Positions 18,012 through 24,000 of a DNA stretch of 24,000 nt are shown one piece after another. The notes under the pieces were generated by a model. It saw nothing but the letters and a program-made list of their open reading frames with translations. It was not told the DNA's origin and did not search any database. How positions within the stretch are numbered: position 1 is the stretch's first letter; each line of letters opens with the position of its first letter. The stretch is from positions 39,179 through 63,178 of the forward strand of contig LKUD01000033.1 in NCBI GenBank assembly GCA_001412355.1, given 5' to 3'. The stretch is from Methanoculleus sp. SDB (GTDB taxonomy: Archaea; Halobacteriota; Methanomicrobia; Methanomicrobiales; Methanomicrobiaceae). The translations under genes were made by a program, and so were the position numbers.

Positions 18012-19088
18012 ATGAGTAAAAAGATGGGAAAGCATGAGGGCAAACAGCCGTGCTGCTGTTCCTGTTCTCCGGCAGAGCAGCCCTCCTGCGATTGCGGCAC
18101 GGAAATGCCGTCGCCTCCTGAAATCAGGAATACCGGCGGAAGTCTGACATGGGCGGATCGTTTCGACCATATTGCCGCCCGGTGGGGGTACAGGCGCATG
18201 CATCACCGCGTGGAGCCGGGACTCTACCGGCTCGGTAGCCCCTCACCCGATTCTCCGGTCTTTGCATCGGCAAATTATACCCTGAGCTTCGATGCACTCC
18301 GATCATCCCTTGCCGGGACCGACTGCTTCATCCTCGTGCTGGATACGAAGGGCATCAATGTCTGGTGTGCCGCGGGAAAGGGGACGTTCGGAACCGATGA
18401 GCTTGTATTTCGGATTGCTGTAACACGGCTCAGCGACGTCGTCCGGCACCGGACGATCATCGTTCCGCAGCTCGGCGCACCCGGGATTGCGGCGCACGAG
18501 GTGCTGAGGCGATCGGGATTTTGCGTGCAGTACGGCCCGGTGCGAGCCTCCGATCTCCCGGAGTACCTGGCAACCGGAACGGCCACACCGGAGATGCGGC
18601 GGGTCAGGTTCCCGTTCAGGGACAGGATCGTGCTGATCCCCGTGGAGCTGGTCCAGGCGCTGCCGCTCACCCTGATCGCAGCCGTTCTTCTCGGGGCGTT
18701 TATCGACATGGGGGCCGCACTCAGGGTGATCGCTGCCGTCGGGGCAGGCACCGTCCTCTTCCCGGCGCTCCTCCCGGTCCTCCCGACGAAGGATTTCACC
18801 ACGAAGGGCCTGTTTCTCGGCGTTCTCGCCATGCTCCCCTTCGCGGCTCTGGATCTCTCCGCTCCGGCGGCGGGGACCCTCGCATACCTGCAGGCCGCGG
18901 CAGGGCTTCTGCTCTTCCCGGCGATCACCGCGTACCTGGCCCTGAACTTTACGGGCTGCACGCCCTATACGTCGCGGAGCGGTGTCAGGCGGGAGATCTT
19001 CCGGTACACGAAACCGCTCGCGGGCATGGCTCTGGGAGGTATCGCCCTTGCGGCAATCCTCGGAATAGTGATGGTGGTGAACGGCTGA
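18012..19088 (+). CDS. hgcA: Mercury methylation corrinoid protein HgcA
   Basis: Cap-helix motif INVWCAAGKGTFGT (18354 onward) in the corrinoid-binding domain, followed by a C-terminal multi-TM region. ATG at 18012 follows GGAGGACGGG; an in-frame GTG at 17988 is an alternative start. Confidence 0.93.
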   Translation: MSKKMGKHEGKQPCCCSCSPAEQPSCDCGTEMPSPPEIRNTGGSLTWADRFDHIAARWGYRRMHHRVEPGLYRLGSPSPDSPVFASANYTLSFDALRSSLAGTDCFILVLDTKGINVWCAAGKGTFGTDELVFRIAVTRLSDVVRHRTIIVPQLGAPGIAAHEVLRRSGFCVQYGPVRASDLPEYLATGTATPEMRRVRFPFRDRIVLIPVELVQALPLTLIAAVLLGAFIDMGAALRVIAAVGAGTVLFPALLPVLPTKDFTTKGLFLGVLAMLPFAALDLSAPAAGTLAYLQAAAGLLLFPAITAYLALNFTGCTPYTSRSGVRREIFRYTKPLAGMALGGIALAAILGIVMVVNG

Positions 19089-19408
19089 TGGCGTTTGATT
19101 CGTACACGGAAAACACGCTCCTGTATTTCCCGGAGCGGTGCATCAACTGCGGGAAATGCAGCACCGTCTGCCCTCACGGGGTCTTCGCCGCAGGTGAGGG
19201 GTGTGCCGTTCTTGCACGCCGCGAATCCTGCATGGAGTGCGGGGCCTGCATGATAAACTGCCCGGTGCAGGCGATCACGGTGGAGAGCGGCGTCGGGTGC
19301 GCACAGGCGATGATCCATGCGGCACTCACCGGAGGCGAGGAGACCTGCGGGTGCTGCGGCGAGGAAGGAGGCGGTTCCAACGGAGCGTGCTGTTCGGGGT
19401 GGGAATAG
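19088..19408 (+). CDS. hgcB: Mercury methylation ferredoxin HgcB
   Basis: MAFDSYTENTLLYFPERCINCGKCSTVCPHGVF...CMECGACMINCPVQAITVESGVGCAQAMIHAALTGGEETCGCCGEEGGGSNGACCSGWE: two 4Fe-4S motifs and C-terminal Cys pair. ATG overlaps the hgcA TGA. Confidence 0.93.
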   Translation: MAFDSYTENTLLYFPERCINCGKCSTVCPHGVFAAGEGCAVLARRESCMECGACMINCPVQAITVESGVGCAQAMIHAALTGGEETCGCCGEEGGGSNGACCSGWE

Positions 19409-19428
19409 GTTAAATACGCCAGCCAGAG

Positions 19429-19455
19429 GGAGGATTATCCTCCGGAAAATTTTAT
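19429..19455 (+). terminator. Possible terminator hairpin after hgcB
   Basis: GGAGGATTATCCTCC inverted repeat followed by GGAAAATTTTATT, between convergent hgcB and RNase III. Confidence 0.3.
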
Positions 19456-20154
19456 TCACCAGATACTATCGACAGCGCCTTGCGGGCGGCTTCCGTTGCG
19501 GCTTCCCGTTTCGTGGAACCGGATCCTTTTGCAATTTTTTTATCCCCGAGAGAGAGTTCTGAAATCCATTTTTTCTGATGATCAGGGCCTTCCCAGGAGT
19601 AAATGTAATTCAGTTCACCCGGTGCATGCTTCGCGACATATTCCTGAAGTCTGCCTTTATAATTTCCATCCGGATTAAAATTCTTAATTTCATCACGAAA
19701 CATACCAAGAATGACTTCACGCGCTTTTTCCAATCCTTCAGCACATCCAAGCGCACCGATAAACGCTTCAAAGGCATCAGCAATGATTTTGTCAGTAAGC
19801 CCCGTCCCTTTCCCCAGCACTATGACCTCGTCAATTTTCAGATCATTTTTCATGACGATATCAGCCGGATTTGTATTTTCCGTCACCCTCATCCTGACAT
19901 TCATCTCACCGGGGCTATAGTCCGTCGATTCATACAGGTGCCTGGCAATAATATAATCAAGAAAATAATTTCCACAAAACTCCAATCTCTCATAATCCTC
20001 GCAAAAAAAGATTTTTCTGTTTCATTTCTTCGGCGAACGAACTGTGCGTGAGAGCACGGTCATTGAGTCCGAGAGATTCATCATGAGATGTGTCAATTCT
20101 GAATTTCGGCCCGTGGAGAATATCGAGTATCTGCTGTCTCCGCGATTCTTCCAT
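19452..20154 (-). pseudogene. rnc: Ribonuclease III-like gene with an apparent frameshift at a homopolymer (A7 on + strand, 20003-20009)
   Basis: Downstream frame ERLEFCGNYFLDYIIARHLYE...IIADAFEAFIGALG...GRLQEYVAKHAP (RNase III plus dsRBD). Upstream piece from ATG at 20154 in another frame: MEESRRQQILDILHGPKFRIDTSHDESLGLNDRALTHSSFAEEMKQKNLF, ending in TGA at 19990-19992. Six or nine T's instead of seven would join them. Confidence 0.75.
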
Positions 20155-20228
20155 AATAAATCAATAAAACGGTGAGCGCATAAACGATTTCTCCGGATAA
20201 AATACCGAACCGGAGGCTACCGCCGGGA

Positions 20229-20810
20229 TTACCGGCGGATAATGCACGCCTCAAGGGAGCGCTTGGGGACATGGTGCACGCCACGTGCGTCCCGCCAGTA
20301 CCGTGTGTCGCCGGATTCGGGCAGCGGCTCGATGACGATGGTTTCTGCAGGATAGCCGAGTGCGATAACAAGCCGGATCGCGTAGTCGTCCGCGAGGTCG
20401 AGGACGGACCGCAGCGCATCCTTCCGGATCGAGCCCATCATGCAGCCGGCAAGCCCTCGTTCCGCCGCAGCGAGCAGGATCGTCTGGGCCGCGATCCCGA
20501 TGTCATAGCAGGGATCAAAGGCAGGGTTCGGTTCGGTCACGATCGTAATATATGCCGCGGGCCGCTCCCCGCGTGCCGGCCCGTCCCATTCGGGAAGATC
20601 GAGGGCCCATACCAGGCAGTCGGTGATGCGTTCGGTCTCCTCCGGATCAATCGAGAGCACGTAGCGGAGCGGCTGCCGGTTCCGGGCCGAGGGGCAGAAC
20701 CGGGCGATGTCGATGAGATCGCGGAGGGTCTCGTTGGGGATACGCTCTTTTTCACGGAAGCGGCGGGTGCTTCGTGAGGTGGTAACGAGCGTTCGGATCT
20801 GATCCTGCAT
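20229..20810 (-). CDS. Nitroreductase-family protein
   Basis: SRSTRRFREKERIPNETLRDLIDIARFCPSARNRQPLRYVLS and DIGIAAQTILLAAAERGLAGCMMGSI...RLVIALGYPAE. Confidence 0.88.
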   Translation of the reverse strand: MQDQIRTLVTTSRSTRRFREKERIPNETLRDLIDIARFCPSARNRQPLRYVLSIDPEETERITDCLVWALDLPEWDGPARGERPAAYITIVTEPNPAFDPCYDIGIAAQTILLAAAERGLAGCMMGSIRKDALRSVLDLADDYAIRLVIALGYPAETIVIEPLPESGDTRYWRDARGVHHVPKRSLEACIIRR

Positions 20811-21013
20811 GATGACTGGAGGGAGGGGAGGGGTAGTAAAGGGATCGGCGTTTCGGAGTGGCCTCCCGAAAAACGGGCTTTACATTACCCGGCGAGCCGT
20901 GAGCTTTACAATAATCGCAACCTGGGACGAACATCGGACCGATCAGGACAACCGAAAGCGCATCGCTTTTGAGAAATGCCGCGAAATATCTCCGTACCAT
21001 ACAGGGAGCCACC

Positions 21014-21679
21014 ATGAAAGCGGAAGAACATTTTAATGATACGGCCGACCGCTATGAAGGCCTCATCGTGAATATCATCCCGAATCCCGCTCTTTTCTTT
21101 GATTCGGCACTTGACTGCATCCCGGACGGACGGATAACCGTTCTCGAACTGGGCAGCGGAACGGGGTATGTCACAGAACAGATTCTTCGAAAAAATCCGG
21201 ACGCGGAGATTACCTGCATCGATATGACGCCGGAAATGCTTTCCATCGCCCGGAAAAAACCGACTCTTGCCGGTGTTGCGTTCCTGGAAGGCGATTTCAG
21301 GGATGTATGGCCTGACGGTCAGTTCGACGTCGTGATCACGACCCTCTGCCTTCACCATCTGCCGGATGCGGATCGGGCGACGATCGTCCGCCGTATCCAT
21401 ACGTCCCTGAACAACGGCGGGCGCTTCATCAACGGGGATGTCTTCAAACCCGACCATGCCTGGGAGGAGGCCATATACAGCACCCGATGGGGCCGGTACA
21501 TGACGGACCACGGCCTTTCCGAACCGGAGGCGGAGGGCATGCTGGCCAAGCGGGAAAAGAGCTATGGCTTTATCGACACCTTCGAACAGTACCGGCAGAA
21601 GCTCATCGATGCCGGGTTCGGGCGGATTTTCTTCCCGTATCATTATGACTTTTACGGCGTTTTCATCGCATTCCGATGA
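21014..21679 (+). CDS. Class I SAM-dependent methyltransferase
   Basis: ITVLELGSGTGYVTEQILRKNPDAEITCIDMTPEMLSIARKK (SAM-binding motif I/II). Start MKAEEHFNDTADRYEG at 21014; ORF opens at 20969. Confidence 0.88.
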   Translation: MKAEEHFNDTADRYEGLIVNIIPNPALFFDSALDCIPDGRITVLELGSGTGYVTEQILRKNPDAEITCIDMTPEMLSIARKKPTLAGVAFLEGDFRDVWPDGQFDVVITTLCLHHLPDADRATIVRRIHTSLNNGGRFINGDVFKPDHAWEEAIYSTRWGRYMTDHGLSEPEAEGMLAKREKSYGFIDTFEQYRQKLIDAGFGRIFFPYHYDFYGVFIAFR

Positions 21680-21705
21680 AATGCCGGGATGACAATCGCT
21701 GTTTT

Positions 21706-21893
21706 CCGCCGGGAATCCTGCATGGAGTGGGGGGTTTGCATGAAAAAATGCCCGGTAGGGCGATCGCGGTGGAGAACAGCGTCGGATGTGCACAGGAGAT
21801 GATCCAGGCCACTCTCACCGGCGGCGAGGCAACCTGCGGGTGCTGCGGTGAGGAGGAGGGTTGCACGGGAGGAGCGTGTTGTTCCGTGTGGAA
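21706..21893 (+). pseudogene. Degenerate 3' fragment of hgcB
   Basis: Clear nucleotide similarity to hgcB 19207-19401. Translates RRESCMEWGVCMKKCPV, then a 1-nt deletion, then AIAVENSVGCAQEMIQATLTGGEATCGCCGEEEGCTGGACCSVW. The N-terminal first 4Fe-4S motif is absent. Confidence 0.88.
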
Positions 21894-22189
21894 ATGGCGG
21901 ATATCTTGGGCCATATTTTTTCAGGGAAACGAATAAACTCCCTTTTAATGAAAGGGTGGGAACATTACTCCCTGAAATAATGAGCATATTCTTTTCTCGA
22001 TACTCAGAAAGCACCTGAATATTACACAAAATTCCAACCATTTTTCCGCCATTTCCCTTCTTGATAAATTCGGTGAGATCTGTTTGAATAACGTGAAACA
22101 TGCACGCACGGATACCCTTTATAGATCATTGGGTAATGTACTATCACGGGCAGGCTTTCCAGTCTGCATGATCTTTGGGGTGCGATGCA

Positions 22190-22423
22190 ATGAAACACCT
22201 GAATTACCGTATTCTCCTCCGGAAGGAGCCTGAAGGCGGGTATACAGTCACAGTACCGACGCTTCCCGGCTGCGTCACCTTCGGGGAGACCGTTGATGAG
22301 GCCATAGCGATGGCACGGGAGGCAATCGGGCTCTATATCGAGGACCTCCGGGAGAAGGGCGAGGACATTCCTACCGAGGAAGGACTTCTCGAATACACCG
22401 TCACAATCGAAGCCCATGCCTAA
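22190..22423 (+). CDS. hicB: HicB-family antitoxin
   Basis: MKHLNYRILLRKEPEGGYTVTVPTLPGCVTFGETVDEAIAMAREAIGLYIEDL: HicB partial RNase H fold signature. Confidence 0.88.
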   Translation: MKHLNYRILLRKEPEGGYTVTVPTLPGCVTFGETVDEAIAMAREAIGLYIEDLREKGEDIPTEEGLLEYTVTIEAHA

Positions 22424-22637
22424 ACTTCCGGCGCTCACGCCCCAGAAAATCATTAAAATTCTGGAAAAGAGAGGATTTGTGCTAAGCCGGATCAAGGGAA
22501 GCCATCATCTGTTCTATCATCCGGAGACGAAGCGCCGGGTTGTTGTCCCCGTGCACAAACGCGATCTCCCGGCCGGTACGCTTCTGGAGATCCTCAAGCA
22601 GGCCGGAATCGATCGGGACGAAATTCTGGACCTTTAA
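22416..22637 (+). CDS. hicA: HicA-family mRNA interferase toxin
   Basis: MPKLPALTPQKIIKILEKRGFVLSRIKGSHHLFYHPETKRRVVVPVHKRDLPAGTLLEILKQAGI: HicA GSH motif; overlaps hicB by 8 nt. Confidence 0.9.
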   Translation: MPKLPALTPQKIIKILEKRGFVLSRIKGSHHLFYHPETKRRVVVPVHKRDLPAGTLLEILKQAGIDRDEILDL

Positions 22638-22676
22638 TACAAGTTTTAATACAAGATCTGCCGCACAGGCAGATCT
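22633..22676. repeat. Direct repeat (TTTAATACAAG x2) followed by a perfect 9-bp hairpin
   Basis: TTTAATACAAG at 22633-22643 and 22645-22655; AGATCTGCC (22654-22662)-GCACA-GGCAGATCT (22668-22676). Confidence 0.6.
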
Positions 22677-23098
22677 GCTGTTATGAGAAAGGGAAAAAAT
22701 TATTCCGGGGAAACACGTACCCGGATTTTTCCCAGGCCTCACGCGTCGCCGGGTTTCTCCGGAGATACTCATCCACAATCCGTTTTTCCACGGTGTTCAG
22801 CGGGCACGAGAAGTTGATACGCATACTGCCAGTAGTAGACCTTCATAATCTGCAGAAATACCGCAGACGCCGCCAGCGTCAGCAGGAACGTGCCGACTGC
22901 GCCCGCAAGCGCAATCACCCCGCGGCCTCTACTATGTACTATGCCTAGGTCTTTGGGGAATTTTTCGGCCTGCGTTTCTGAAAAAATCAGGGAATCACAG
23001 GAATTATCCTAGGTAACATCTAGGGCACAATCCAAGGACAATTCACGAACGCGGTTCGTTCGTCGAAAGAGACTATTAACAACCCCTATAGCGATATT

Positions 23099-23347
23099 CT
23101 AACGAAAAATTCGTTTATCTGCTAATATACGGAAGGTTCTCGAAAAGAAAGCGCGTTGGTATGAAAGCGCCATGATATCGTTGTATTCATCGACTCCCAA
23201 GTAGTTCCACCAATTAGCATTCCAATTTGTCTCTGCAAGTTCCCGGTGTTCAAGCCCTTTGATGATGATATCAGCCGATGGAATAGGCGAGCCGCCCAGT
23301 GTTCGAAGAATACCGAGCATCGGGAGTTTATCCCTCTCGGTGAACAT
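23099..23347 (-). CDS. Hypothetical protein, possibly a remnant winged-helix-like domain
   Basis: 82-aa ORF MFTERDKLPMLGILRTLGGSPIPSADIII...YNDIMALSYQRAFFSRTFRILADKRIFR; in-frame coding-like sequence extends slightly upstream without an ATG. Confidence 0.35.
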   Translation of the reverse strand: MFTERDKLPMLGILRTLGGSPIPSADIIIKGLEHRELAETNWNANWWNYLGVDEYNDIMALSYQRAFFSRTFRILADKRIFR

Positions 23348-23511
23348 TCCCTCTGGAATGTACGTATGGCCTGTCCGGCGGCGAACTCTAGAGAGTCCGG
23401 ATTTTAAGCTACATCAAAAGAACTCCAGGTTATAGCGGCCCATTCCGGACCGGAACGCCAGCCCCCTTCACTGCCGGGAGAAAGCAGCATTACCGTTAAG
23501 AATCCGACGAG

Positions 23512-24000
23512 CTACAGGAGGAGCTCAAATGTCTGCTCGATCACCGGTGTTCCCCAGGTGCTGTCCTCCTGCTCGGCGATGAGGGTAAACCCGGTCTTTT
23601 CATAGAGGTGTCGTGCGGCATCCAGCCCGGCGAAGGTGGTCAGGTAGACCCTCCGGAAACCTGCGCGGGCACAGAAACCGAGCGCCTCCTGCATCAGGAG
23701 GTTTCCAAGGCCGCCCCCATGATATTCGGGTGCGACGATGAACCACCGCAGCCGTGCCTCTTTCGTCCCGGCACCTTCGCCCTCGACGGCGATCGCCCCG
23801 ACCAGCCCACCGTCCGCCTTCGCCACCCAGAAGCCGTCATGCGCCGGGTCGAAGCGGGTGAGAAACGCGGAGAGTTCACTCGCCACCTTCGCCTCGAAGT
23901 AGAGGTCGAAATTCCAGTGTTCGTGATAATATGTCGCATGGAGCGCGGTGATCTCTCGGATCAAACCGGGTGTATAGCCATGCAGTTCGAATTCCGGCAT
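23512..24000 (-). CDS. GNAT-family N-acetyltransferase
   Basis: RLRWFIVAPEYHGGGLGNLLMQEALGFCARAGFRRVYLTTFAGLDAARHLYEKTGFTL: acetyl-CoA-binding motif A and motif B. Start ATG lies at the window edge. Confidence 0.88.
   Translation of the reverse strand: MPEFELHGYTPGLIREITALHATYYHEHWNFDLYFEAKVASELSAFLTRFDPAHDGFWVAKADGGLVGAIAVEGEGAGTKEARLRWFIVAPEYHGGGLGNLLMQEALGFCARAGFRRVYLTTFAGLDAARHLYEKTGFTLIAEQEDSTWGTPVIEQTFELLL

Noticed and set aside
18275-18961. 228-aa minus-strand ORF opposite hgcA
   Set aside because: Arg/Ser/Pro-rich antisense translation with no domain; hgcA frame is unequivocal.
18521-19087. Upstream part of the 295-aa ORF that ends with HgcB
   Set aside because: MRAVRPGASLRSPG... 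is an out-of-frame reading through hgcA; HgcB begins at the ATG at 19088.
20271-20777. 168-aa plus-strand ORF
   Set aside because: Antisense of the nitroreductase; motifs support the minus strand only.
20906-21793. 295-aa minus-strand ORF
   Set aside because: Antisense of the methyltransferase and hgcB relic; no credible domain.
22022-22495. 157-aa minus-strand ORF across hicB
   Set aside because: Spans the convincing hicB/hicA genes in antisense and lacks any motif.
1-24000. CRISPR array or intact insertion sequence/transposase
   Set aside because: No regularly spaced identical repeats and no transposase or terminal inverted repeat pair was recognised on either strand; HEAT repeats explain the only large internally repetitive stretch.

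Overview
24-kb window of a moderately GC-rich archaeal, probably methanogen (Methanomicrobiales-like), chromosome. It has compact gene blocks at the left and a more eroded, accessory-like right end. From left to right it contains: a secreted transglutaminase-like lipoprotein (cut by the window edge); a polar amino-acid ABC transporter (permease, ATPase, permease, binding protein); a decayed N-terminal fragment of an NSS/SNF sodium symporter; an MntP-like efflux pump; a zinc-ribbon protein; a ~1180-aa HEAT-repeat protein; a glutaredoxin-like gene plus a ferredoxin-thioredoxin-reductase-like gene with a rubredoxin-like tail; a Mut7-C RNase-domain protein; the AmmeMemoRadiSam radical SAM enzyme; a small zinc-ribbon ORF missing from the supplied track; a fused SLOG-domain/multi-TM protein resembling predicted nucleotide-sensing conflict effectors; UMP kinase; tRNA-Pro(TGG); endonuclease III; PiT and DUF47; an AbrB-like regulator followed by mercury-methylation genes hgcA and hgcB; a frameshifted RNase III; a nitroreductase; a SAM methyltransferase; a degenerate second hgcB 3' fragment; a hicBA toxin-antitoxin pair; and a GNAT acetyltransferase. 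The strongest leads are: (1) the hgcAB locus with a TCAGAAT inverted repeat spanning the putative TATA box, (2) the frameshifted hgcB remnant ~2.3 kb downstream, (3) the stand-alone SLOG-TM protein, (4) the RNase III gene interrupted at a 7-nt homopolymer and carrying Asn at a normally catalytic Asp, and (5) the NSS transporter relic. All family calls come from motif recognition; no database search was run.
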